Assembly: GCF_963921235.1 (NCBI RefSeq)
Contig: NC_086097.1
Span: forward strand, 17,298,001 to 17,362,000
From: Mobula hypostoma
Lineage: Eukaryota
Direction of reading: 5' to 3'
DNA length: 64,000 nt
The notes below the pieces were generated by a model. That model saw only the letters and a program-made list of their open reading frames with translations. It was not told the DNA's origin and searched no databases. Position 1 is the stretch's first letter. Each line of letters begins with the position of its first letter. The position numbers were made by a program, and so were the translations under genes. This document shows, piece by piece, positions 13,600 to 26,207 of the stretch.

Positions 13600-15106
13600 T
13601 TTAAAACTTTCATAATTGCACAATAGAGAGTAATCTCTCTGGTTGCATCACGGCCTGTTATGGAAACACCAATGCCCGAGAATGGAAAATCCTGCAGAAG
13701 GTAATGAGTGCAGCCCAGTCCTTTACAGGTAAAACCCTTCTCACCACTGAGCACATCTACAAGAAGTGCTGTCACAAGAAAGCAGCATCCACTATCAAGG
13801 ACCCCCACCATCCTGACCATGTTCTCTTCTCAGTGCTACCATCAGGAAGGAGGTACAGGAGCCTTCTTTTGCATATTGGTTGCTTGTCAGTCTTGGTGGG
13901 TAGTTTTTCAAAGTTTAAAGTACATTTATTATTAAATTCTGTATACCATTGTCATGTGATCGGCAACAATGAATTATCAATTGAGGCAAGTTTCATAAAA
14001 ACAAACAAACATTTATTAAACTCTGCTCAACAATAGCGAGAAGTATCCAAACAACTAACTTAACCTGAAGTTAACTACCATACGGCAACTCTGGAACAGT
14101 TCTTAAAAGGGTAAATGCGAAAACAGTTCTTAAAGTGGTAAATTCAAACCCAGTCTTAAAATGGTAAATTTGAAAGTCCAAGTGATTTACACAGTCAATA
14201 AGGAGAGACTTCTCTGGAAACAGATTTCTTCGAAGACATGACGTTACTGCTGATTCTCCAAAGGCTTCACGGCGAAGGAAATAATATGGCTTAAAGGAAC
14301 TGACCTTTTCCTTGCGAGGGGACACTGCACAAACTTCTCTGCCCTTGCAGGAGTTATCTCAGATGCAGGTCACCACTTCTGAATGAATGCTCGATAAGGT
14401 CGATCCTCTATAAAACCGCTAAATGACTCCAACTTTATTCTGATCCTTCAGGTTCCCGTCCTTTAATAAGGTCTTCACTCTCCAATACTACTGTAAAGGT
14501 AAATCAAAGATACACCAACAAAGCTGGCAGCGATTGGTGAAACTGCCGGCACAACTATTTTACCTTACAATTAAAAAGTAGAACTCCTCTTTAAAATGAA
14601 ACTACGTCATGAGACAAATACGCAGCATAACGGAGTAACTAACGAAGCAAAGAACAACTCAACTGAAACTAACTGCGTCACACCAGGGGTCTCCTTTATA
14701 CCTGTTGAGAACAGGTCATCATGTGACCTCACACTGGTGGGAAAATTACATCATGTGACCTCCACAAGACCATTACATCATGCTCATAAGACAGTCACAA
14801 GATAACCATGGGGTATGTAACACCCATATACAACCTTGAGATTTGTCTTCTTACCAGCAACCACAAAACAAAGAGACACAATAGAAACCATTTTAAAAAA
14901 TCATCGAACACCCAAGGTGCAGAAAAAACAAATCATGCAAACAATAAAGGTAAGTAAATAATATTTAGAACTGAAGTTCACGAAAATGAGTCTATTGATT
15001 CAATTGTTCTTCTTTGATCTACTGTGAATGGCTGCAAGAAAATGAATCTCGGGGTAGTATATGGTGACAAACACATACTTTGATAATAAATTTACTTTGA
15101 ACTTTT
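13600..15106 (+). mobile_element. Rex1/Babar-like LINE 3' end, split by nested insertions
   Basis: NCTIESNLSGCITACYGN...KAASTIKDPHHPDHVLFSVLPSGRRYRS; tail resumes at 14990-15106 ending TTTGATAATAAATTTACTTTGAAC. Confidence 0.85.
13950..14822 (-). mobile_element. solo LTR (873 bp, Gypsy/BEL-like termini)
   Basis: Minus strand TGTTACA...CATGACA; flanks ACCAT/CCCAT (4/5 TSD); minus-strand TATAAA near 14695-14700 and AATAAA near 14012-14017; cleanly splits another repeat tail. Confidence 0.8.
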
Positions 15107-15444
15107 GAATTCCTCCAGCAGGTCTGTTGCTCAAGATTCTAGAATCTGCAGTACTATGTAAACAGTATTTACTCGCCCAGCACAGGGACCAATAACTAAA
15201 CGCCTTTGAAGTAGTGCCTTAGAACCCTTTAAATCACTTGGGATGGCAGGCGAGGTCTTGGATTAGATTATAACTCAAGACTAATACCTCGGACCTTGCA
15301 ATTCTCCCTTAGTATATGCTGGTAATCTCATTTTAGATTTTTGAGCAGGATTTAAACTCATAAGTTTCTATCTCAGATGAAGTTTATTGCAAATTCACTC
15401 CTGACACCATTGTTGACCTCAAATGTTGTCTCTAATGAATGCTA

Positions 15445-15783
15445 GCTGGCCTGTTTCCTATGGTGGGGGGGACTAAGACCGGATGACACAGCTTCAGAGT
15501 AGAGGGGCGTCCTTTTAGAATGGAGCTGAGGAGGAATTTCTTTAGCCAGAGGGTGGTGAATCTGTGGAATTTGTTGCCACAGGCAGCTGTGCAGGCCAAG
15601 TTATTGGATATACTTAAGGCAGAGATTGATAGATTCTTGACATGTCAGGGCATGAAGGGTTACTGGGAGAAGGCAGGAGATTGGGGCTAAGAGGAAAATG
15701 GATCAGCCATGATGAAATGATGGAGCAGACTCGATGGGCCAAATGGCCTAATTCTGCTCCTATGTCTTATGACCTTATGGTCA
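15445..15783 (+). mobile_element. CR1 3' end fragment
   Basis: FFSQRVVNLWNLLPQ, plus 3' UTR and tail. Confidence 0.9.
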
Positions 15784-17073
15784 TTTCAGCGTTTTCTGAT
15801 TTTAACTGACAGAGATTGATTGCCAGAGATGGTCACATGACTTCAAGTGGAAGCCAGACTGGACGAGTCTTTATGTTTTTCCATCTCGTAATTCCTCAGT
15901 GCCTGGAGTTTCCCTTTTTCAAGTTTCCATTTATGCCATTTTCCTTTTACCCTCAGCGAAAAAAAATTATATCTGGCACATCTGAGCATTCGCTAATCCT
16001 CAATATAGTGAAAACAAACCACAATCCCATACATTCAAAAAGCCAAAGTGTCCTCAGAAGTACCTCAGTTGTGTTTGCCAAAAACAACAGGCTTAAAATT
16101 ATGTGCTTTGGCATATGAACACTCAATGCATATACGTGAAATACTTAATTAACAGTGTCAGTAATTTTAACAGGAGCACGACATAAAATATAAACAAAGA
16201 ACATATAATAAGCCTGCAAATATGAATACTCAAATGATGAAAGCAATGTTCCTATAATCTTTTAAATGCATTACTTTCAGGCCTGATTAAAATTTATGTT
16301 GGCATTTTGCTTTGATACCGGAAGATCAATCAGACAGCAAAAGCTGTTTATAGGATGAACCTGCCTTTTTTGTTTCCTTTCAATTTGGAAATTGATTGTT
16401 CTAGATGTGTACTTTGCAGAATATAGTAGAAAGCTAGCCAAAAGACATCAGCAGCATATTTTTTTTAGCAAGAAGTAGTGTCGGCCCCAAAAGCTGACAA
16501 TTTGTTTATGACTCTGATTACGAGCCCTGACATAAAAGCAGTTACTTGGACCTTGTCACTTCAGCGACAGGCATGTTAAACTTCAGTAGTCCTCATGAGA
16601 AGCAGGGAAGATGTCTCCATTGGCTGCAGCCATTACCAGAACAACAAAGAAAATGATGATTGTGGTTGGAACTGTAGGAGGCTAATGATCTTAGAAGTCA
16701 AGCTCCTGTTTATTGTCATACGCAGGAATATATGTATGCACAGGCGCAATGAAAAACCTGCGGCAGAACCATCGGCACATAGCATCACATAAGCAGCATT
16801 CACAAGAAAAACATAAATTAGTAAGAAATTATTCATTTTTTACAAGAAAAAAAAATCACAACTGTAACAAAAAAAGAAACAAACTGCACTTCAGTGCAAA
16901 GTGCTCAGAATGGCCTTCGTGTAGTGGTGATCAGGGATTTGCTGGATTGTTCAAGAACCGAATGGTTGAGGGGACTAGCTGTTCTTGAACCTGGTGATGT
17001 GGCACTTCAGGATTTTGAACCACCTAGCTAATGGTAGCTGTGAAAAGATGGCATGGCCTGGATGGTGGTGAAT

Positions 17074-17133
17074 CAAAGGTTCCCAGCCATTTTTATGCAA
17101 TTAGGTCTGTGGACCCCAGTTTGGGAAACCTTG
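17074..17133. mobile_element. hAT/Charlie-type MITE remnant
   Basis: Imperfect TIR CAAAGGTTCCCA / TGGGAAACCTTG; flanks GTGGTGAAT / GTGGTGAT (about 8-bp TSD); related half copy at about 59905-59958. Confidence 0.65.
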
Positions 17134-17309
17134 GTGGTGATCTTAGATGATAGATGTGATCTTGTTGAAGTGGTGCCTCCCGTGGATGCTGCCAACGGTG
17201 GGGAAGGATGTGCCCGTGATGTTCACTAGCCTCTGCAGCTTCTTACATTCCTGCGCATTCGGATTGCCATACTAGACAACGATACAACCATTCAGGATAC
17301 TTTCAACAG

Positions 17310-17850
17310 TCTTGGGCACCTTACTTAAGAAAGGATGTGCTGACGTTGGAGAGGGTACAGAGAAGATTCACTAGAATGATTCCGGGAATGAGAGGATTAA
17401 CATATGAGGAACGTTTGTCTGCTCTTGCACTGTATTCCTTGGAGTTTAGAAGAATGAGGGGGGACCTCACATTTCGAATGTTGAAAGGCATGGGCAGAGT
17501 GGATGTGGCAAAATTGTTTCTCATAGTGGGGGAGTCTAGTACGCGAGGGCATGACTTAAGGATTGAAGGGCGCCCATTCAGAACAGAAATGCGAAGAAAT
17601 TTTTTTAGCCAGAGGGTGGTGAATCTATGGAATTTGTTGCCACGGGCGGCAGTGGAGGTCAAGTCATTGGGTGTATTTAAGGCAGAGATTGATAGGTATC
17701 TGAGTAGCCAGGGCATCAAACGTTATGGTGAGAAGTGGGGAGAGTGGGACTAAATGGGAGAATGGATCAGCTCATGATAAAATGGCGGAGCAGACTCGAT
17801 AGGCCGAATGGCCGACTTCTGCTCCTTTGTCTTATGGTCTTATGTTCTTA
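17310..17850 (+). mobile_element. young CR1 3' end
   Basis: Open ORF 17337..17753 (LERVQRRFTRMIPGMRGLTYEERL...FFSQRVVNLWN), plus UTR and (TCTTATG)n tail. Confidence 0.95.
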
Positions 17851-18857
17851 TATTTATAGAGGTTTGTTACAGTTTTTTGTGACAAGCAAAACAGTCCTTA
17901 ATCTTCTATGAAAGTTTAGGCTCTGGCACATGTTCTTTATGGCTGCTTTATGTGCTGGGCCAGGAAAGGTCATCTGATATGTTATCAAAGGAATTTAATG
18001 CTGCTCACTCTCTCCACCACCGATCCCCCGGTGTAAATTGGTGCATGCTTGCCTTCCTTCCCCTTCCTGAAGGGAACTAAGCACGTAACCTTGAGATGTA
18101 ACCGTATTGATGGTCATTGTGGAGGAGATGTTGTTAGTAATCCTCAGTGACTGAGGTCTGCTGATGGAGGAGTCAACTATCCCATTGCAGAGGGAGGTAA
18201 GGAGGCCCAGTACTTGAAGCTTGAAGTTTGGATGGGACGATTGTGCTAAACACCCAGCTGCAGTCAATAAACAGCAGTTTGAGTTCCTTTCTGTTGCCCA
18301 GATGGTCCAGAGCAGATTGAGGAGCCGGAGAAATTCCTGCTGATCTGTTGTGGCAGTAGGCAGATCCAGGTCTTCTCTGTGGCAAAAATTGAATTCAAAG
18401 GTACATTTAATGTCAGAGAAATGTATACAATATACATCCTGACATTCTTTTTCTTCACAACCATCCACAAAAACAGAGGAGTGCCCCAAAGAATGAATGA
18501 CAGTTAAATGTTAGAACCCCAAAGCCCCTCCATCTCCTCCCTCCCATGAGATTAGATACACACTATAACTAACCTTTCAAAGCACTTCATTATTGTTGAT
18601 GTAAATGCAATCAAATGGTAGTCATCGAGGCAGATCACTATGCTCTTGTTGGGCACTGGTACAATCATTTTTTTTTGAAGCTGTGGGAACCTCAGACCAC
18701 TGAACTAAGAGTTTAAACATCTGTAAATACTTAAGCCAGTTGGTCCATACTTGATCAGATACAATATCTGAATCAGACAGCTATCGTGGGATCACCCTTT
18801 TGAAGGAGCATGAATGTCAGTCCTCTGAAGTCATCTGAAAATGTGGAGTGTGTGTAC

Positions 18858-18913
18858 GAGTGTGTGTGTGTGTGTGTATGTGTGTGTGTGTGTGTGTGTG
18901 TATGTGCGTGTGT
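18858..18913. repeat. (TG)n microsatellite
   Basis: About 55 bp imperfect TG repeat. Confidence 0.95.
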
Positions 18914-19593
18914 TCTCCTCATCAAAGTCTGCATAAAAGACATTCAGCTCATCCAGGAGTGATCAGTCATTGCCACTTACGCTAACCAACCTCGACCTGT
19001 AGGAAGTTATATTGTGCAAGTCCCATCACAGCAGTCGAGTGTTCATCTGTGATTCCAGTTTAGTCTGAAATTGCCTCTTTGCTCGTGCAATAGTTTTCCG
19101 GAGGTTCTACCTGGACGTCTGGGATTCCAGTCCTAAATGACACACAAATAATTGGAACCCTATCCTCCTCCCTAAGTGTTCACTCTCTCTGCCACCAACC
19201 AGTCTTGGACTTAGTATGTATCATCTACAAGTTCATTGCCACAACTCGCCAAGGCTTTTACAACAACAATCTCCAGGGTTTGGAAGAACCTGGGAACCAA
19301 GTGCATGGGTTACCACTGCCTGCAAGCTTCCTTCTGTTTCACACTCCATCCTGACTTGTATTGATATCATCTCCTCTTTAATGTTGCTGTCATAAAACTC
19401 TGGAACTCCTAACTAACAACACCTTCAATTGATGCCTGAGCCATTCCCCACTTCCACAAACATAATGTAATGTTAACAGCATTCATGCACAGGATAAGGA
19501 AGGCCCATCAATATCCTGACTGTTAGGATGGGGGGGGTGTGTCAATGACACAACCAACTGGGCAACATTCCACTTTACCTACAGTACCCATTT

Positions 19594-19870
19594 CACGGTA
19601 GCGTAGTGGTTAGCGCGATGCTATTACAGCTTGGGGTGTCAGAGTTTGGAGTTGAATTCCGATGCCACCTATAAGGAATTGTATGTTCTTCCTGTGGCCA
19701 CATGGGTTTCCTCCGGAAGCTCTGGTATCATCCCACATTCTAAAGACCTACTGGTTAGTAGGTTAATTGGTCATTGTAAATTGTCCTGTGATTAGGCTGG
19801 GGTTATATAAGTGCGTTGCTGGGCGGCGCTGCTCATTGGACTGACAGGACCTGTTGCATGCTGTATCTCG
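19594..19870 (+). mobile_element. tRNA-derived V-SINE-like element
   Basis: A box TAGCGTAGTGG, B-box-like GTTGAATTCC, V-domain and CR1-like tail. Confidence 0.85.
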
Positions 19871-20121
19871 ACGTTCTTTCCTACATACATACATACCTAG
19901 ATAAGTAAATAAACAAAGTATGCAGCAGCTGAAAATACAAATATTTCAGATATAGTTGCACTTTGGGGGTTGTTTGGAAACAGGTTACTTTGCAAAAGTT
20001 TCTAAATATTTCTAGATTTCAGATTGTAAGTGGACTTTTTAAAATCCCTAAACAGAAGGAAAAGTACAAAAACTCAAGATTTTCTACAGGTGCTGGGAAT
20101 CCAGATTAACACACACAAAAT

Positions 20122-20480
20122 CTGCTCCCACTGACACCTCCCAGCCTGCACGTGCAGGCACTTCCCAGTCACCACCCGGCGAATGATATTCACCTGTCAA
20201 TCATTCCAAACTCATCACCTGCAGCATATTTAGCCTCAGTTCTCATCCACAGTCCTTGCTCACTCAACAAAAAAGACAGCCTCAACCTGTTGCTCCTAGC
20301 GTTCTCTCTCCCTGCCTAACGTTTACCTTCTTGTCTGTTGTGTTTAGTTTCTGGTCCCTCTTGTTTTGTGGCCTCTTGTGGCATGGTACTTTGTGATCTA
20401 TAATTCAAGTTATCATGCTCAGGCCAACCTTGAACTTGTATTACTCCAACCTTCTGATGTTATGTTGCTGCACTTCCTCC
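20122..20480 (+). mobile_element. possible LTR fragment
   Basis: CACCTG repeats, then TATTTAG and a pyrimidine-rich stretch, as in fish Gypsy LTRs; termini not found. Confidence 0.3.
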
Positions 20481-20689
20481 CTGTCCAGCAGTTTAACAAT
20501 TACCCATCGATGACCTCACTTAGTAAAACAAAAGGGAATTCTAGGAACACTTGGGCAAAGCCACCTCAGAGTGAAACAGATTTAACGTTTCAGTTCCATA
20601 ACCCGTTGTTGGAATAGATCTTAGACTGAAGCACTGTTTCTCTCTCTGACCTGCCAGCATCTGTGAGTATTTTATATTTCCACCTTAGT

Positions 20690-21130
20690 TAGAACATAGA
20701 TCATGGAACATTACAACAAAGTACAGGCCCTTTGGTCCATGATGTTGTGCTGACCTTTTATCCTACTCTAACATTTATCTAGCCCTTCCCTCCTACATAG
20801 CCCTCAGATTTTCTATCATCCTAGTGCCTACCTAAAAGATTCGTGAATGCGCCTAATGTATCTGTCTCTACCACTACTTCCGGTAGGGCATTCCATGATC
20901 TCACCACACTTTTTTTAAAAAAAACTTACTTCTGACATCCTCCCTATACTTTCCTCCAATCATCTTGAAATTATACCCAATGGTATTAACCACACTGGGT
21001 AAAGTCTCTAGCTACCCACTAAATCTATGCCTCTTATCATCTTGCACACCTCTATCAAGTCACCTCTCATTCTCCTTCGCTCCAAAGAGAAAAGCTTTCT
21101 CAGCCTATCTTCATCAGATGCTGTCTCTCA
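20690..21130 (-). mobile_element. CR1 3' end fragment
   Basis: AGAACATAGATCATGGAACA tail and antisense ORF2 C-terminus. Confidence 0.8.
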
Positions 21131-22221
21131 TTCCTTGCCTAAGAGCTGAAGCTCAGATCCACCAAGAGTCCGATTGAAGATTCTACTCCCTCCTTTTTCA
21201 TTTGTCTTTCACTTCCATTTGTCACTATCCTCGGCTGCTGCTTCATGCACACTCATACTGTAACTACAGTAGAAAGCATTTCCAATGCTTCCCTTTGCTA
21301 CATTGCTCAAGCACTCAATTTGAGTCCAAGCTCCACACACCAAAGCCTGAATTTTCAGGACACGTGATTCCTCTTGAGCCAGAGCATTTGAGGAGTCACA
21401 CTGGCAATTTTTTTTACCTGGAGCACCTGGAAGTCAGAGTCCATAAACAGATGCCCTGATCAACAAGCACTGAAAACCAACTAAAGAAATTGAATAACAC
21501 AAGAGATTCTACAAATGTTGGAAATCCAGAGTAGCAAATACAAAATGCTGGAGGAACTCAGCAGGTCAGGCAGCTTCTATGAAGAAGAATAAAGAGCCAA
21601 AGTTTCAGGCCGAGATATATCTTTATCGGTATAAAGAAATAGATATGCCAGTTCACAGTATTTCTTACACAAAGTCCTCAATGTATTCCTGTGAGCAAAG
21701 TTCCTGAGGGGATTTATGACAGCTGTAACGGGCAGCAGAATGGGAATTTTGTGGACAATATTTGAAGGAGATTCAGCGACGAAGAATTGACCCATTGTCC
21801 AGTTTTGGCACCAGTCTACACACACATAATACAAATGGAATTGTCTCTACTTAATGAATATGACGATAAGAATTTGAAACAAGCAGATGCTCAGATTTAT
21901 AATGATGATAAGTTGACAACAGTGAATAAGTCGGGCACAGAAATTTAATGGCGAGATGTTTGAGGTGATGAGACTAATGCATTAAATCTGATTACTCATT
22001 CTTTCTTCATGTTCCCACATCCTATATCTGATATGATACCAATGACTCACCCTGAATATTTGCTTTTATTGCAAGATGTTAAGAATAACTTCCTGCTCCA
22101 GGAATAGCATTTTGAAAAAAAAAGACTATCTGAACTTAGGCAACACATACTAATGAAGTAAGCAATAAACTGATTATGTAGAGATCTATGTATTCCCTTT
22201 TGTCAATGTGAAGGTTCATTA

Positions 22222-22485
22222 GGGTGGCAGGGTATTGTAGTGGTTAGCACAATGCTTTACAGTACAAGTGGCCTGGGGCCAATTCTTAACTCTGCCTGTA
22301 AGGAGTTCTTACATGCTCCCCGTGACTGTGTAGGTTTCTGCCTGGTGCTCTGGTTTCCTCCCACAGTCCAAATACACACCGGTTGGCAGGTTAATTGGTC
22401 ATAGTAATTTGTCCCGTGATCAGGATAGGGTTAAATTGGAGGTTGCTGCGCGGAGTGACTCACTGGAAGGGCCTACACCACACCT
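22222..22485 (+). mobile_element. tRNA-derived V-SINE-like element
   Basis: GTAGTGGTTAGCAC head; GGTGCTCTGGTTTCCTCCCACAGTCC...AGGTTAATTGGTC. Confidence 0.85.
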
Positions 22486-23324
22486 CACAGAAAGAACGAA
22501 ATACAAACGTTTGTAGATATATAGCTTGGGATATTTTGCACTTATCAGGTTAAAAGATGTTTTTTTTCCTCTAAACTGTGTAAATTTATAATAGGTAGTG
22601 ATATGCTTCTTAGAGAATTATTTGCAAGGCATCTTGTTACCATAGCAGGTGAAGAGTACAGTGAGATACAGAAGCCCCATTGTTTCTCCATAGTCCCTGA
22701 GCTAAAATATGCATCCAAATGTTTTATTAGGATAGATACCAACTGCTATTTCCTCTTTTAATGAGATACATTGCTGTCTATGTTTTTGCCAACTCTTCTG
22801 TTCCTTTCCCCTCTGTGGAATACCTTCCTTCTTTGTTGGATGTGTCCACTGGTTTTTTGTTGCACAGCCCATTCCCTACCACTATAATTCATCCAAATTG
22901 CCATTGCTCATATGTAAGGCTCCACACTGAGTATTGGCAGGCAGTTTCACTGTGGGATACATGACTGCTGGGCAATTGAACCTGTCTCAATGCAATGTTT
23001 TCACATGTGCACCTCCTAACAAGCATTGCTGGCCAGCATTTAGAAGCTGGAAGGTTTCCCAAGTTTTTTTTTGGTTGCTCATTATATTGCCCCAGCCCAC
23101 TGGAACATCCCTACAGTCACCCTGAATAACATCAGCTAACGCAGATCACTCCTGGGAGCACAGCTACGATCTTCCTCTCTGCAGTGCTCAACCAGTCATT
23201 GAAAAGGCCTCATGTATCCATAAGTACCGAATTATAAACCATATATGTAGCCTTGTTAGAAAGTCTAAAAAATGCAGGCAATATTTATAAACAAAGGCTT
23301 ATTTATAAATAAAGGCTCCTTAAG

Positions 23325-23886
23325 GTTGTTATAGCCAGAGCTGGTAGGGCGATAAGTTTCCACTACTTTTAAAATGCTCCCAAAGGCATGTGTCTCAAAT
23401 AGCCTCCAACAACCAAATCCAGCCTCTGGCCTTCATGAATGGCTCACCTACTAACCCCAGCAGAACTGTTTCCACTGTTAAGTGAAGGAGTAAAGGCAGG
23501 TTACTGGTGCCTTATTCCCAGTCACGTCGGGCAGTTGAGGTTCGTCAGCCCTCATTGGCAGTTCATCTCGGAAAAGGAAAACTCTGATCTCAAACCTATA
23601 CCCACTCATGGGGAAGGCTTCGGGAGTAAACCCTGAGGAAAAATCCGGAGCTGGAGTCCGTAAGACAATCATGTGTTGAGTTCAACGCTGACTGAGAACT
23701 CCTTCAATCGCTGGTGCCAAACTGTATTGGTCTCTGCCATTTCTTTGGACTTATCAGCTGCATGGAGAGTGTGGGCCTGTTGCACGGGCAACAGATTGCT
23801 CTCCAAATCATACTGTCCTGGTTTGTGTATCACGTAGGCAGCTTGGATGCAATATCCATGGTCAACCCAACCAATGGAGGGCCTCC
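23325..23886 (+). mobile_element. non-autonomous element, probably RTE-UTR-derived
   Basis: GC-richer non-coding block; 23710-23830 is homologous to the body of the SINE at 49331-49642; RTE assignment is by recall. Confidence 0.5.
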
Positions 23887-24585
23887 TTGATAAATAAGAG
23901 AGCAAAGGCTGAGAAACCAGTGAAAAGTTTTGAGTTTCTTTCTTTATTCTAACTGGAGATTCAATTGTCAAAACTTCTTATTCCATCAGTTCATCACCTA
24001 AGGAGCAGAGAAAAATTTTGGAGCATTAGAAAATCTGTTGGGCACATTAATCATTTTTTCCTGCATGAATCTGACTTTATACATTTTCCTTACAATATCA
24101 ATGTAGTCATGTCAACCCATTGAATTTATCCCCATTTTCCCATCAAATTCCACCCTCCCAGATTCAGTCACTCATCTAAATAATGGGGACAATTTTCAGC
24201 AGTCCATTAACCTGCACCAATATGCGAGAAAATTGGTCCACACGGAGGAAGCTGGTAAAGTCACAAGGAGAATGTGCAAACTTCACATGTGACAGCCGGA
24301 TAGCTCTGAAAGTCTGGATTGAATATAAGGTCTGGAGCTAAGAGGTACAGGCTCTACTAGATGCAACATTCAACCATCTTAGATAAATCTTTAAATGCGC
24401 GTCAAAGGCAAAGAAGGAAGATAATTTCCATTAAATGCCAATTAATATTTATAGCACAAGAATGAAAATAAAATGTATGTTGAGAGTAATAAAGTAGCAC
24501 AGCTGGAGAAGACTGCAGTAGATATTAAAATATGATGTTGCTCTCTTAATGAATGTATTGACTGAAACGTGTTAATATTTCATGT

Positions 24586-24780
24586 AACTGGATGGTGGTG
24601 TAATGGCATTAGCAATGGACTTCGAGGCAAATGGTACCAAGTTGAATCCGGCCAGCTCCTTCCACACTTCCCATCGTGCTGAGCTTCAGCTCGTGAAAAA
24701 GACAGTTAAATGCTATGGAAGTGGCAAAAATGCCACCCAATGTGATCCAAGGCATGAAAAGGATCAACAACAGCAACAAT
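24586..24780 (+). mobile_element. tRNA-derived SINE with (CAA)n tail
   Basis: TGGTGTAATGG A box, GTTGAATCC B box, CAACAACAGCAACAA end. Confidence 0.7.
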
Positions 24781-25694
24781 ATTTCAGTTGGTGCTTGTCG
24801 GAAGCATATCTGTAAGTGAGCATTCTGAAATTATCAAAAGCGTAGGGCCAAGCATTTGCTCTTCTTAGAAAATACATAAGCTTTTTTGTTTAACAATGCA
24901 TTAATTTGCCTCATATGACCCAACTAAACATATTATTTAGCTAAGATAAATATAATTATTTTAATATATTGTTTTATACTAATGGAAAATTTTATATTTT
25001 AAGAGCTGAGATTCTTGCTCTGCCTACCACATCTTTCATCCATTAACTTTACAGTGTAAAGTTTCCAAATTTTAGCAGGATTTAAAATGAGACATTGCAG
25101 TGATTAGGGTTGCTTGGGGGGTGAGTCTCAGCACAGCATCAGAGTGGATCAGAGGTAAAGAGGAATTTCTTTAGTCAAAGGATGGTGAATCTGTGGAACT
25201 CATTGCTACAGACTCATTGAAGATGAGGGAGAGAAGGAGGGGTGAAAGAGTACAAGCTAGAAGGTGAGGCCAGGTGAGGGGGAAGGTAGTGGGGGATGAA
25301 TCTGGGAGGTTATAGGTAGAAAAGGTAAAGAGCTGAAGAAAAAGGAATCTGGTAGTAGAGGAAAGTGAACCATGGGAGAAAGGAGAGAAGTGATAGTCAG
25401 GTAAGGAAAAGAGAAAATGTAAGAGGGAGCCGGAATGGAGAATCAATAACGAGAGGAGGGGGAGGCTGTGAAATTACCAGATATTGGAGAAATTGATGTT
25501 CATACAGTTTGTGTAATCCCTCTTCATTTTATAGGATAGATGACCCCTCCTCTCTGTTTACTGATTCTTGGCTAATTTCCCAATCTAAAAAATAATGGGC
25601 CTTCATCCTTAACTTTAGCTAATGTTGGTTTATTCCTACTTGAGTTCCATATACAGTGAATTCTGGTTAACTAGGCCATCGGTTAGTCAGGGCA

Positions 25695-26207
25695 ACACAC
25701 ACAAAATGCTGGAGGGATTCAGCAGGCTAGGCAGCATCTATGGAAAAGAGTGCCGTTGACATTTCGGAGGAAAAAAACGAGGAATAGATTTTAAAGGTTG
25801 GGAGGAAGGGAGGGAGAAACACGAGGTGATATGTGAAACTGGGAGGGGCGGAGGAAGTAAAGAGCTGGGAAGTTGATTGGTGAAAGAGTCAGAGGGCTGG
25901 AGAAGGGGGAGTCTAATAGGAAGGCTATGGAAGAAAGAAAAGGGGGGGGGGCAAAGAGCACCAGAGAAGGGTGATGGGCAGGCAAGGAGATGAGCTGAAA
26001 GAGAGTGGGGAATGGTGAAGGTGGGGGGCATTACCAGAAGTTCGAGAAATTGATGTTCGTGCCATCAGGTTGGAGGCTACCCAGATGGAATATAAGATGT
26101 TGTTCCTCCAACTTGAGAGTGGCCTCACCACAACAGTAGAGCAGGCCATGGACTGACATGTCAGAATAGGAATGGGAGGTGGAATTAAAATGGATGGCCA
26201 CTGGGAG
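25695..26207 (-). mobile_element. Penelope-like element 3' part (GIY-YIG C-terminus plus tail)
   Basis: PVAIHFNSTSHSYSDMSVHGLLYCCGEATLKLEEQHLIFHLGSLQPDGTNINFSNF (ORF 26031..26279); inverted tail copy at 28856-28957. Confidence 0.85.

Larger units (their letters stand above)
16692..19140 (-). mobile_element. Rex1/Babar-like LINE (RT to 3' tail), degenerate and interrupted
   Basis: Minus-strand IVPVPNKSIVICLDDYHLIAFTSTIMKCFERL (18570-18665), LLFIDCSWVFSTIVPSKL and TINTVTSQGYVLS; interrupted by a MITE (17074), a CR1 (17310), a tail fragment (18388-18550) and (TG)n. Confidence 0.85.

Noticed and set aside
19594..19670. tRNA genes (also at 22222, 24586 and 49570-49640)
   Set aside because: The A/B boxes run directly into SINE bodies and no intact cloverleaf is seen
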